Source: an uncultured Terracidiphilus sp. (lineage in GTDB: Bacteria > Acidobacteriota > Terriglobia > Terriglobales > Acidobacteriaceae). From it: a stretch of DNA of 64,000 nt. Under the pieces are notes generated by a model. The model searched no databases. It saw only the letters and a list, made by a program, of their open reading frames with translations, and was not told the origin of the DNA. The stretch lies in NCBI GenBank assembly GCA_964552975.1, contig CAZKJB010000001.1, positions 3,897 to 67,896 of the forward strand. The letters are read 5' to 3'. Shown here piece after piece: positions 8,710 to 18,404 of the stretch (within the stretch, counting starts at the first letter, position 1; each line of letters starts with the position of its first letter). A program made the translations under genes and the position numbers.

Positions 8710-9708
8710 ATGAACTTCGGTGTCATTGGGTATGGGTATTGGGGCCCAAATGTCGTGCGAAACCTTATGAGTCTTGAGGGTTCCGAGGTGCGCGCCATCG
8801 CGGAAATCAATCCCGCCGCGCAGGGACGCGCCCGCAAGGCTTATCCAGGGGTTAAGGTCACACCTAGCGCGATGGAGGTGATTTCGTCGTCCGAAATCGA
8901 CGTGGTCGCCATCGTTTCTCCAGTGTGGACACACTACGACCTCACGAAAGCGGCACTGGAGCATGGCAAACATGTCTTTGTCGAGAAGCCGTTCACCAGT
9001 ACTGCTGCGCAGGGAGAGGAACTCGTCAATCTTGCGCAGCAAAAAAACCTCAAGATTATGGTTGACCATACATTTCTCTTTACCGGCGCGGTCAAGAGAA
9101 TTGCGCAGCTCATCGACGAGGGCGCGTTGGGAAACCTTTATTACTACGACTCGACTCGAGTCAATCTTGGTCTCTTTCAACACGATATCAACGTGCTATG
9201 GGATCTCGCGCCACACGACCTTTCCATCATGGACCATCTCATCAAGTGCAGCCCCGAAGCAATCGTCGCAACAGGACAAGGACACCTGAATGGGCATGAG
9301 GATGTCGCGTTTATGACGCTCTATTTTCCAGGAAAGGTCATTGCGCATATCAACGTCAACTGGCTATCTCCGGTCAAAGTCCGAACAACCTTAATCGGCG
9401 GCGAAAAGCGAATGATCGTGTGGAATGACCTTGAGGCCGACGAAAAGGTAAAAGTCTACGACAAGGGCGTCAAGATCACCAGCCAGGAGGGAGTTTACGA
9501 ATTGCTGGTGAGCTACCGCTCGGGCGATATGTGGTCTCCGCAGCTGGAGCAGGTTGAAGCGCTGCGGCAGGAACTTAGCTATTTCGTGGAATGCATTACC
9601 ACGGGCCAAGAGCCATTTAACAACGGGAGTGCAGGGCTGCGAGTCGTCCGCATGCTTGAGGCAGCCAGTGAATCTTTAACGAGAAAAGGAGCCTTGGTGC
9701 GCCTATGA
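8710..9708 (+). CDS. Gfo/Idh/MocA oxidoreductase (WbpB/WlbA-like NDP-sugar dehydrogenase)
   Basis: GYGYWG Rossmann motif, HVFVEKP, WDLAPHD. Confidence 0.88.
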   Translation: MNFGVIGYGYWGPNVVRNLMSLEGSEVRAIAEINPAAQGRARKAYPGVKVTPSAMEVISSSEIDVVAIVSPVWTHYDLTKAALEHGKHVFVEKPFTSTAAQGEELVNLAQQKNLKIMVDHTFLFTGAVKRIAQLIDEGALGNLYYYDSTRVNLGLFQHDINVLWDLAPHDLSIMDHLIKCSPEAIVATGQGHLNGHEDVAFMTLYFPGKVIAHINVNWLSPVKVRTTLIGGEKRMIVWNDLEADEKVKVYDKGVKITSQEGVYELLVSYRSGDMWSPQLEQVEALRQELSYFVECITTGQEPFNNGSAGLRVVRMLEAASESLTRKGALVRL

Positions 9709-11435
9709 ATCCGGATTGTTCAATCTCAACTGATGTCAAACTCGGCGAAAACGTGCGGCTCGCAAGATTTGTAAATTTGTACGGGTGCGAAATCGGCGAC
9801 GAGACGAAAATCGGCGCGTTCGTTGAGATCCAGAAGAATGCGACGGTCGGCAAGCGCTGCAAAATCTCAAGCCACTCGTTCATTTGCGAGGGCGTCGTCA
9901 TCGAAGATCATGTCTTTATCGGTCACGGCGTAATGTTCATTAACGACACGTTTCCCCGCGCCACAACGCCCTCGGGAGAGCTGAAAACCGAGGCGGATTG
10001 GAAGGTCGAGCGCACTTTCGTCGGTAAAGGCGCGTCCATCGGCTCAAACGCCACAATTCTCTCGAATGTCAAGATAGGGGAAAACGCGGTCGTTGGCGCG
10101 GGCAGCGTGGTCACGAAAGATGTTCCTCCTTTTGCGGTTGTCGCGGGGAATCCCGCGCGCATCCTCCGCTATATCGGCCAGGTCAACGAAGACAAACCGG
10201 TCGATACCGTTCCGTTTCTTGATCTGATCTCGCCCCATCTGGAGCTGGAAAATGAGCTGGTGGGCGCGTTTCGCCGGGGGCTTCGTTCCGCAGCGTTCGT
10301 TGGCGGTCCCGTCGTCGAGAATTTTGAGAAAGACTTCGCGGCCTTCTGCGATACCAGCCACGCAGTCGCCGTCAGCAGCGGCACCGATGCCTTACGCTTC
10401 GCCATCATGGCCTGCGGCATTGAAGCAGGCGACGTGGTGCTGACGGTCCCGAATACGTTTATCGCCACGGCAGAAGCCATCTCGCAGGCCCGGGCGATTC
10501 CCGAGTTTATTGACGTTGATGAGCGGACCTTTAATATCTCCGTGCAAATGCTCGAGCGGTTTCTTGAGAAGCAGTGCGTCCGCAATCATGCGGGAACGTT
10601 GATCAGCCTGCGAAGCGGAAGGCCAGTGACAGCGGTTGTGCCAGTGCATCTCTATGGCCAAATGGCCGACATGGATGCGATCTTGAATCTGGCCGAGAAG
10701 TACGGACTCACGGTCATTGAAGATGCGTGCCAGGCGCATGGTGCGGAGTACTTTTCCAAGCGTCTGAACCGCTGGGTCAAGGCGGGATCGATGGGGCGTG
10801 CAGCTGCCTTCAGTTTTTACCCGGGCAAGAACCTGGGAGCGTGCGGAGAGGGCGGAGCCGTTACGACGAACGATGCCGAAGTCGCAAAGAAAATCACGAT
10901 GCTCCGTGACCACGGGCAAGTGAAGAAATACTTCCACGATGTGGAAGGATACAACGGCCGTCTCGACGCGATTCAGGCCGGCATCCTGCATGCGAAGCTG
11001 CCGTTCCTGGCGGAGTGGAACAATAAGAGGCGCATTCATGCGGCGAACTATAATCGGCTCCTGGGCAATAACGATGCCGTGATTACGCCGCATGAGCCTT
11101 CATGGTCCCGCGCTGTATATCACCTCTATGTCGTCTGCACGAGCAATCGCGATGGTTTGATTCATTTCTTACAGAGTAAGGGAATTGGAACCGGAATTCA
11201 TTATCCCGTCCCTTTGCATCTGCAAAAGGCATATACATTCCTGAACTACACTCGTGAAGATTTACCCGTTGCATCGCGGGTTGCGGCCGAGATCGTCTCT
11301 TTGCCCATGTTCCCGCAACTGACTGAGAAGCAGCAGATGCGCGTCACGAACGAGGTAGAAGCATTCAACGCAAAAGCTGCAAATAGCCAACCGGTCAAGC
11401 GAACCGTGCCCGTGGCTGCGGAGTTGACTGCATAA
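9705..11435 (+). CDS. Fused hexapeptide N-acyltransferase (WbpD-like) and DegT/DnrJ/EryC1 PLP aminotransferase (WbpE-like)
   Basis: N-terminal LbH repeats ending VVAGNPAR; C-terminal SSGTDAL, PVHLYGQ, EDACQAHG, SFYPGKNLGA; single open frame. Confidence 0.88.
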   Translation: MNPDCSISTDVKLGENVRLARFVNLYGCEIGDETKIGAFVEIQKNATVGKRCKISSHSFICEGVVIEDHVFIGHGVMFINDTFPRATTPSGELKTEADWKVERTFVGKGASIGSNATILSNVKIGENAVVGAGSVVTKDVPPFAVVAGNPARILRYIGQVNEDKPVDTVPFLDLISPHLELENELVGAFRRGLRSAAFVGGPVVENFEKDFAAFCDTSHAVAVSSGTDALRFAIMACGIEAGDVVLTVPNTFIATAEAISQARAIPEFIDVDERTFNISVQMLERFLEKQCVRNHAGTLISLRSGRPVTAVVPVHLYGQMADMDAILNLAEKYGLTVIEDACQAHGAEYFSKRLNRWVKAGSMGRAAAFSFYPGKNLGACGEGGAVTTNDAEVAKKITMLRDHGQVKKYFHDVEGYNGRLDAIQAGILHAKLPFLAEWNNKRRIHAANYNRLLGNNDAVITPHEPSWSRAVYHLYVVCTSNRDGLIHFLQSKGIGTGIHYPVPLHLQKAYTFLNYTREDLPVASRVAAEIVSLPMFPQLTEKQQMRVTNEVEAFNAKAANSQPVKRTVPVAAELTA

Positions 11436-11533
11436 TTCTGCCTCTTCCGCGAGCCGTCCTGTTCCCGGCCATGTCCTCGTGGAAGTTTCGTCGAATTCGC
11501 TAACCGCCCTTAAGAAAAAAAGGAAAGATTCGC

Positions 11534-12112
11534 GTGAATATTCGCATTGAATCCAGGCATCTCCAAGATGTGGTCGTTGTTCTCCCCGATATCTTCCAGG
11601 ACAGCCGAGGCTTCTTTACAGAGGTCTATCGCGCCGACCAATTCAAAGAGCTGGGACTGCCCACTGAGTTTGGACAAGACAACCATTCCAAATCGGCGAA
11701 GGGCGTTGTGCGCGGCCTGCATTTCCAATGGGAGCCACCGATGGGTAAGTTGATGCGCGTAACCGTCGGCGCTGCGTTCCTGGTTGCGGTCGACATCCGT
11801 AAGGGCTCGCCGACACTGGGAAAGTGGGTTGGCATTGAAGCCTCAGCCGAGAATCGGAGATGTGTCTGGGCGCCGGCAAGCTTTGCGCGCGGTTTCTGCG
11901 CCTTGGTTGACGGCACGGAGATTCAATACAAATGCACGGGAATCTATAACGGCGGTGCTGAATCCGGCATCCTGTGGAACGATCCCGCAATTGGCATCGA
12001 GTGGCCGCTTGCGGATGTCACTGTATCTGATAAGGACCGCCGCGCACGTACTCTCGAGCAGTGGCTCGCCACCCCTGAATCGGATTTCTTCAAATACTCG
12101 AAAACAGCGTAG
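11534..12112 (+). CDS. rmlC: dTDP-4-dehydrorhamnose 3,5-epimerase
   Basis: DSRGFFTE, QDNHSKS, RGLHFQ, VDIRKGSPT, WNDPAIGIEWP. Confidence 0.92.
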   Translation: MNIRIESRHLQDVVVVLPDIFQDSRGFFTEVYRADQFKELGLPTEFGQDNHSKSAKGVVRGLHFQWEPPMGKLMRVTVGAAFLVAVDIRKGSPTLGKWVGIEASAENRRCVWAPASFARGFCALVDGTEIQYKCTGIYNGGAESGILWNDPAIGIEWPLADVTVSDKDRRARTLEQWLATPESDFFKYSKTA

Positions 12113-12144
12113 ATTGATTTGGCATTTCGAAGGGAAGGTATGCA

Positions 12145-13134
12145 ATGAGACTATTGATCGCAGGCGGCGCCGGGTATCTCGGATCGGTTCTCATCCCAAA
12201 GCTGCTGGAGCGCAGGTACAAGGTTGATGTCGTTGATCTCTTCTGGTTTGGCAACCACTTGCCGGAAGAGGTGGGGATTCTCAAGAAAGATATCTTTCAA
12301 TTGACGGCCGAGGATCTTGCGGCATATGAGCAGGTCGTATTCCTCGCCGGTCTTTCCAATGATCCCATGGCCGAGTATTCGCCCAGCAAGAATTTTATTT
12401 TCAACGCGGCCGCGCCGGCTTATCTTGCCTACATTGCGAAGATTGCCAAGGTAAGACGATACATCTATGCCTCCTCCTGCTCGGTCTACGGTTACACCGA
12501 GAATGAGCTGTATGACGAAACTCGCGCGGTAAGTTCCGCCTATCCCTATGGGATTTCCAAGTTACAGGGTGAGCAGGCGGTCATGCAGATGTTGAACGAC
12601 GAGTTTTCCGTCATCTCGCTGCGCAAGGGAACCATCTCCGGCTATAGCCCCCGCATGCGGCTCGATCTGATTATCAACACCATGTTCAAGTGCGCCATGA
12701 AGGATAAAACGATTACGATCAACAATCCTTCCATCTGGAGACCGATTCTGGGTATCGAAGATGCCGCCACGGCCTATATCAGGGCCATCGAGGCGAATTA
12801 CAAGATTTCGGGGATCTTCAATCTGGCTTCCGGCAACTTCACGGTCGGCGAAGTTGGGGATCTCGTCAAGAGCGCGATTGAGGAGAGGCTCAATACCCGG
12901 GTCAGCCTCACCATCAAGCATATTGAGGACTTCAGAAACTATAAGGTCAGCACAGACAAGGCCGCGAATACTCTGAGCTTCCATCCCAGCGGGACAATCA
13001 AGTCGATTGTGGAGAGCCTCATCGACAATATGGACAACTTCTGCGACTGGGATAACCCACTGTACTCCAACATCCAGTGCTTCAGGGACTTCGACAAGGA
13101 CCTCGAAGTGCATCACATGGTGGGAGCAATATGA
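12145..13134 (+). CDS. NAD-dependent epimerase/dehydratase (extended SDR)
   Basis: GGAGYLG, ASSCSVYG, YGISK. Confidence 0.88.
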   Translation: MRLLIAGGAGYLGSVLIPKLLERRYKVDVVDLFWFGNHLPEEVGILKKDIFQLTAEDLAAYEQVVFLAGLSNDPMAEYSPSKNFIFNAAAPAYLAYIAKIAKVRRYIYASSCSVYGYTENELYDETRAVSSAYPYGISKLQGEQAVMQMLNDEFSVISLRKGTISGYSPRMRLDLIINTMFKCAMKDKTITINNPSIWRPILGIEDAATAYIRAIEANYKISGIFNLASGNFTVGEVGDLVKSAIEERLNTRVSLTIKHIEDFRNYKVSTDKAANTLSFHPSGTIKSIVESLIDNMDNFCDWDNPLYSNIQCFRDFDKDLEVHHMVGAI

Positions 13135-14000
13135 TCGTAGCGGTCATTGGAGCCAACGGCCAGTTAGGCTCCGACGTCGTCGCTGCCCTCACCGGGAATG
13201 GCGATCGCGTCGTTGCCCTGACCCACGCCGATATCGAGCTGTCCGACTACGAATCGGTAAGGACCTGCCTCGCGTCGAGCCAGGCGGAGTTTGTCGTGAA
13301 CACCGCCGCCATGCATCATGTGGAGCAATGCGAGCGCGATCCGGAAAAGGCCTTCGCCGTGAATGCCATTGGGGCGAGGAATCTGGCGCTCGCCACAAAG
13401 GAATCAGGCGCCGTACTTGTCCATTTCAGCACCGACTATGTCTTCGATGGCAAAAAGAGCACGCCGTACGTGGAAGACGATGCACCGCTACCGCTGAATG
13501 TTTATGGCAATTCGAAGGTGGCGGGCGAATGCTTTGTGCGCACATTGAATTCCAGGCATTTCGTTCTGCGAACGTCGGCCATCTATGGAAAGCAGCCCTG
13601 CCGGGCGAAGGGCGGGTTGAATTTTGTTGAACTGATGCTCAAGCTTGGCCGCGAGCGCGGCAAGGTGCGCGTCGTCGATAGCGAGTTCGTGAGCCCCACT
13701 CCAACCGCCGACCTGGCTCGTCAGGTGGTTGCGCTCCGCAATAGCAGCGCGTACGGCCTATACCACGCAACCGCCGAGGGCAGTTGCTCATGGCACGAGT
13801 TCGCCAGCCACATCTTTGCAGCGGCTAACGTGCCCGTCCAGGTTGATGTTGCGGACCCCTCCGAGTTCCCAGCGAAGGTGCCGCGGCCGCTGTATTCAGT
13901 CCTGGAAAACCGTCGGCTCAAGTCCGAAGGGCTGAACAAGTTTCAGTCTTGGGAAGCAGGACTTGCCGAGTATCTGGGCGTCGCAGTCACGGCGCATTGA
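13131..14000 (+). CDS. rmlD: dTDP-4-dehydrorhamnose reductase
   Basis: GANGQLG, STDYVFDG, PLNVYGNSK, RPLYSVL; ATGA overlap with the upstream stop. Confidence 0.92.
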   Translation: MIVAVIGANGQLGSDVVAALTGNGDRVVALTHADIELSDYESVRTCLASSQAEFVVNTAAMHHVEQCERDPEKAFAVNAIGARNLALATKESGAVLVHFSTDYVFDGKKSTPYVEDDAPLPLNVYGNSKVAGECFVRTLNSRHFVLRTSAIYGKQPCRAKGGLNFVELMLKLGRERGKVRVVDSEFVSPTPTADLARQVVALRNSSAYGLYHATAEGSCSWHEFASHIFAAANVPVQVDVADPSEFPAKVPRPLYSVLENRRLKSEGLNKFQSWEAGLAEYLGVAVTAH

Positions 14001-14111
14001 TCGAGCTCGATCTCATTCCTTCCCGCCGGCTCTGATCCCACGCTTGTTTTCAACCTGTTAAACCATTGATCCGATTTTCGATCGGTCTTCCTCGGACCCT
14101 CTTCTCACACC

Positions 14112-15386
14112 ATGCCCGGCCTCGCAGAGATCGCAGCTCCAGAATCCCGCAGTTCCAAAAGCACTTCATCTAAAGCCAAAGTTCCGCGAATTGCTGTTTG
14201 CATCGTCGTTGAGAATCTTCCTGTTCCGCTCGACCGGCGTGTCTGGAGTGAGGCCCGCGCACTACACGAAGCGGGATATGAAGTATCGGTCATCTGCCCG
14301 AAAGGAAAGACCCGCTATTCTGCCGGCTACGAGTTTCTTGACGGAATTCATATCTACCGCCATAGAACTTGGGAAGCTTCCTCCGCGGCGGGATATTTAC
14401 TGGAGTACGGAATTGCCTGGTGCGCAGAATGCGTCCTGGCGCTCAGAGTCTACGCGAAAACGAAGTATCGAATTCTGCAAGGCTGCAACCCGCCAGACAA
14501 CATCTTTCTAATCGGACTTCTCCTGCGTCCATTCGGCGTCCGATATATCTTCGATCACCACGACCTTACTCCGGAACTCTTCGATTCAAAATTCGATCGC
14601 AAGAGCAAGCTTCTTGCCGGAATCGTCCGCCTCGTCGAACGGTGGTCGTTTCAAACAGCGACTGTCTCCATCGCGACCAATGAGTCCTTCAAGGAAATTG
14701 CAGTCGCGCGCGGCAAGATTGCAGCGAATCGTGTCTTTGTGGTGCGCAACTGTCCCGACGCAAATCGGCTTCGTCCCCCTGTAAACAAGCCCAGGAAAAG
14801 CAGCGGTAATCAATTCCAAATCGTCTATGTGGGATTCATGGCTCGGCAGGATGGACTCGATTTGCTGCTGGAGTCGATTGAGTACATCGTGAACGTGAAG
14901 CAGCGGACCGACGTTAAAGTTGTCCTGGTTGGCGGCGGCACGATGCTTGAAGAGCTGAAGTCGATCTCTGCGAGAAAAGGCCTGGATGCGCATGTCACAT
15001 TCACCGGCCACGTTACCCACGACGAGGTCGTGGGCCATTTAGCGAATTCCGATATCGGCGTGGCGCCGGATCCGAAGAATCCAATGAATGATCATTCAAC
15101 GATGATCAAGATCTTCGAGTACATGGCGTTCGGGCTGCCGGTCGTTCAATTCGACTTGAAGGAAGGCCGCCGGTCCGCAGGCCCCGCCTCACTGTATGCC
15201 AAGCCCAACGATCCGGTCGACTTTGCAGAAAGAATCGTTCAGCTGCTCGATTGTCCTGAGCTGCGCGAAGAATTGGGCGGACATGGCCGGCAGCGGATCG
15301 AACAATCTATGAATTGGGAAACCGAGAAAGCTGTCCTGCTTGACGCTTACGAAATGGCCTTGCAAGAAAAATCGTCCAGCCAATGA
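14112..15386 (+). CDS. Glycosyltransferase family 4
   Basis: ENLPVPLDRRVW, DHHDL, KIFEYMAFGLPVV GT-B motifs. Confidence 0.9.
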   Translation: MPGLAEIAAPESRSSKSTSSKAKVPRIAVCIVVENLPVPLDRRVWSEARALHEAGYEVSVICPKGKTRYSAGYEFLDGIHIYRHRTWEASSAAGYLLEYGIAWCAECVLALRVYAKTKYRILQGCNPPDNIFLIGLLLRPFGVRYIFDHHDLTPELFDSKFDRKSKLLAGIVRLVERWSFQTATVSIATNESFKEIAVARGKIAANRVFVVRNCPDANRLRPPVNKPRKSSGNQFQIVYVGFMARQDGLDLLLESIEYIVNVKQRTDVKVVLVGGGTMLEELKSISARKGLDAHVTFTGHVTHDEVVGHLANSDIGVAPDPKNPMNDHSTMIKIFEYMAFGLPVVQFDLKEGRRSAGPASLYAKPNDPVDFAERIVQLLDCPELREELGGHGRQRIEQSMNWETEKAVLLDAYEMALQEKSSSQ

Positions 15387-17412
15387 CGATGAACCGCCGG
15401 CGCTGCGAGCGGCGCCACCGTTAGAACCCAGGCCTACATTGCGATCAGCGTTCATCTTTCTTATCGTCAGTTCCGCGTTGCTGGTCGCGGCTCATCCGTG
15501 TTACGGCTCTGATTTTGTCTTTATTCGATCCAGCGCCATTTCTCAACAGGAGCAGCAGAACCTCCAAATTGCAGCAGACTTTTATGGCCTCGACCTGCGA
15601 TCTGTCGCGACGAGTTCCTCTCGTGATGAATCTGCAATTCGAGAGGCGGCGAATCAACCTTCGACGCTCGCGGTGGCGATCGATGCAGAAGATCTTGGCG
15701 GCGTGAACCAGGCAGCGCTATTCAATGCCTTGGCTCATAAAGACGGTACCCGCATCCCGCTGCTCATTCTGGGGGTCAAGCCGGAAACCAGCGGAGCTCT
15801 TCTCGAAGAATGGTCGGGCGGCGCAGTCACTGGATGCAGTGAGGCTCATTCCACGCTCGCTTCCCGGTTTCTTTTCAGTCGCGTTGATGGTGTCTCGGGG
15901 CAGCTTCAGAACCTGACCATTCCGCTCTACGGCAGTCATGCCGCTACTCTTGCGTTAGGCAAAAGGGGATCGGCATCACCCGTCGAAAGTTTTTGGGATG
16001 GCAACGGATTTGCACCCGTCTTTGTAGAAACCGCAGTTGGTCAGCAGAAAGTATTTCTGGCCAGCGCCGTCGATCTCAATCTTAGAACCGGAAGCCAGGA
16101 CGTACTGAGCGTATTTCTTCAGACAGCCCCGGAGATGATGTATACAAAGTACGCCGCCGGCGACATGGGCTGGCATACGCCCGGCTATTACGCAAACTTC
16201 ACCATTGACGATCCGTGGTTACGCGAGCCCTACGGCTTTGTCGATTACTCCGCCCTCCTCGGGGAGATGGAAAAGCACAACTTTCATACTACGATTGCAT
16301 TTATTCCCTGGAACTATAGCCGCAGCCAAAGCGAAGTCGTTTCGCTCTTCCGAAACCACCCTGAGCGTTTCTCAATTGCCGTTCACGGAGATAATCACGA
16401 TCACAAGGAATTTACTGACCTCCGCAGCAAACCAATCGCTGTTCAGGTGAGGGACCTCAAGCAATCTTTGTCCAGGATGGAAGTATTCGAGCAGCAGACG
16501 GGAATTCCATATGACAAAGTGATGGTCTTCCCCCATAGCATTGCTCCTGAGCAGACGCTGGCCGCGCTTAAGAAATACAACTACTGGGCAACGGTCAACT
16601 CGTCAATCATTCCGGAAGGTTCAAGCGGATCGATACCCGCCGAAGAGCTTCTCCGTCCCGTCACCCTCGATTTTGGCAACTTTCCTAGCTTTCTTCGTCT
16701 CCCGGCAGCTTTGCCGGAGCGGCAAGCTTATATCGCGGTGAGCCAGTTTCTTGGTAATCCACTTTTCTTTTACGAACACGCAGATTATTTCGCGGATGGC
16801 GTCAATGCGTTCGACCAGGTGGCTGACACCGTAAATTCGACTGAGCCTGCCACGAAGTGGCGTAACCTGGGCGAGATTGTCAACCATTTTTACCTGCTAA
16901 GGCGCAGGGAAGATGCCAAGTACGATGTTCGATCCTTCTCTGGGAATATTTGCCTTGAGAATCCCGGAGCAACCACGAGGACGTACCTTTTCGAAAAGCC
17001 GGAGACAGGCGAAGACGCGATTGAGTCTGCTACTGTCGACGGAAAAACTTATCCGTACAGCCTGCACGACGGTCAATTGGGCATGAGCGTGGACGTAGCG
17101 CCGGGAGCCACGAGCTGCATCGCGATTAATTATGCGAACGATTTGCAATCGGCGCCGATCAGCCCATCGCATGATTCAGTCATGGCGTACCTGCTGCGAA
17201 TGGGCTCCGACTTCCGCGATGTTTACTTGGCGAAATCGCCGGTAGGAATTGCGGCGATTCATTTTTATTATGACCATGAGCTGAAACCCTGGGAAGTCGT
17301 CGGCTGCTGCATCATCCTCATTGGCGCCGGGGCAATTATTTTGATCTTTTTCAAGCGGCGGTCCAGAGCCAGCCGGCAAAGCCGGCAGACACTGGCGTCA
17401 GAGAGCATTTAG
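15340..17412 (+). CDS. Exported, C-terminally membrane-anchored protein with polysaccharide-deacetylase-like domain (start uncertain, possibly TTG 15439)
   Basis: Signal-like hydrophobic N-terminus; TIDDPW and HGDNH motifs; C-terminal TM helix followed by KRRSR. Confidence 0.6.
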   Translation: MTLTKWPCKKNRPANDDEPPALRAAPPLEPRPTLRSAFIFLIVSSALLVAAHPCYGSDFVFIRSSAISQQEQQNLQIAADFYGLDLRSVATSSSRDESAIREAANQPSTLAVAIDAEDLGGVNQAALFNALAHKDGTRIPLLILGVKPETSGALLEEWSGGAVTGCSEAHSTLASRFLFSRVDGVSGQLQNLTIPLYGSHAATLALGKRGSASPVESFWDGNGFAPVFVETAVGQQKVFLASAVDLNLRTGSQDVLSVFLQTAPEMMYTKYAAGDMGWHTPGYYANFTIDDPWLREPYGFVDYSALLGEMEKHNFHTTIAFIPWNYSRSQSEVVSLFRNHPERFSIAVHGDNHDHKEFTDLRSKPIAVQVRDLKQSLSRMEVFEQQTGIPYDKVMVFPHSIAPEQTLAALKKYNYWATVNSSIIPEGSSGSIPAEELLRPVTLDFGNFPSFLRLPAALPERQAYIAVSQFLGNPLFFYEHADYFADGVNAFDQVADTVNSTEPATKWRNLGEIVNHFYLLRRREDAKYDVRSFSGNICLENPGATTRTYLFEKPETGEDAIESATVDGKTYPYSLHDGQLGMSVDVAPGATSCIAINYANDLQSAPISPSHDSVMAYLLRMGSDFRDVYLAKSPVGIAAIHFYYDHELKPWEVVGCCIILIGAGAIILIFFKRRSRASRQSRQTLASESI

Positions 17413-17510
17413 CCAGAGGCGTTGGTCGTAGCGTAGATTGCAGTTCGGACCAGTTAGTCATCAGTCAGGGCATCGTCTTTCCTGGAAAGCTAAAACATTA
17501 AAGTGACCCA

Positions 17511-18377
17511 ATGAATCCAAGATACATAGTCATTACTCCTGTCCGTGACGAAGAGAAGTACATCGAGAGCACCCTTCAAGCGGTGGTCAACCAGACGATT
17601 GTTCCCATCGAATGGGTGATCGTCGATGATGGCTCCAGTGACAGGACGGGAGCCATCGCCGATGAGTACGCGGCGAAGTACCCGTGGATCCACGTCGTGC
17701 ACCGGGAGAATCGCGGTTTCCGAAAGTCGGGCGGAGGCGTAATGGAAGCCTTCTACGCCGGCTTTGGCATTCTGCGCTCGAAGAGTTGGGATTACATCGT
17801 AAAGCTTGATGGGGATCTCGGTTTCTCTTCGGATTACTTTGAAAAATGCTTCGCTCATTTTGACCGGGATCCTAAACTCGGCATCGGCGGCGGCGACATC
17901 GTGCACGATATCGAGGGCACCATGAAGGTCGAGGAGAATCCCCGCTTTCATGTCCGCGGTGCGACCAAGATCTACAAGCGAGAATGCTGGGACGCGATTG
18001 GTGGTCTCTTTCCGGCCACCGGTTGGGACACAATCGATGAAGTCAAGGCCAATATGCTGGGATGGGCCACCTATGCGTTCCCCGAGCTCCGCCTCCATCA
18101 CCATCGCTTCACCGGATCAGAAGACGGTCTATTCCGCGATCGTGTGAAGCACGGCGTCGCGTGTTACGTTTCGGGATATCATCCGCTGTTTGTCGCAGCC
18201 AGTTGCTTGCGTCGTCTGACGAAGAAGCCGCGCGTCACCGGATCGATCGGCATGATGTACGGATTTCTCAAGTCGCACTTCACTCGCCCGCCACGCCTGA
18301 ACGATCGCTCGTACTTCGCCTATATCCGCGGTCAGCAACTTAGGCGCCTTTGTGGCATGGAAACGATCTGGAGATAA
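17511..18377 (+). CDS. Glycosyltransferase family 2
   Basis: VITPVRDEE, VDDGSSD, KLDGD. Confidence 0.9.
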   Translation: MNPRYIVITPVRDEEKYIESTLQAVVNQTIVPIEWVIVDDGSSDRTGAIADEYAAKYPWIHVVHRENRGFRKSGGGVMEAFYAGFGILRSKSWDYIVKLDGDLGFSSDYFEKCFAHFDRDPKLGIGGGDIVHDIEGTMKVEENPRFHVRGATKIYKRECWDAIGGLFPATGWDTIDEVKANMLGWATYAFPELRLHHHRFTGSEDGLFRDRVKHGVACYVSGYHPLFVAASCLRRLTKKPRVTGSIGMMYGFLKSHFTRPPRLNDRSYFAYIRGQQLRRLCGMETIWR

Positions 18378-18404
18378 CCGTCGAGTCGACGGCCCCAATA
18401 ACCT

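Noticed and set aside
13998-14011. Perfect palindrome GATCGAGCTCGATC and frequent CGATCG/GCGATCGC words (HIP1-like)
   Set aside because: Single occurrence of the long palindrome; enrichment of the short words cannot be shown without counting against a background
15383-15424. Frameshift or pseudogene at the start of the 690-aa gene
   Set aside because: The out-of-frame ATG ORF is only 13 codons, and an in-frame TTG (15439) precedes a plausible signal peptide, so the gene can be intact
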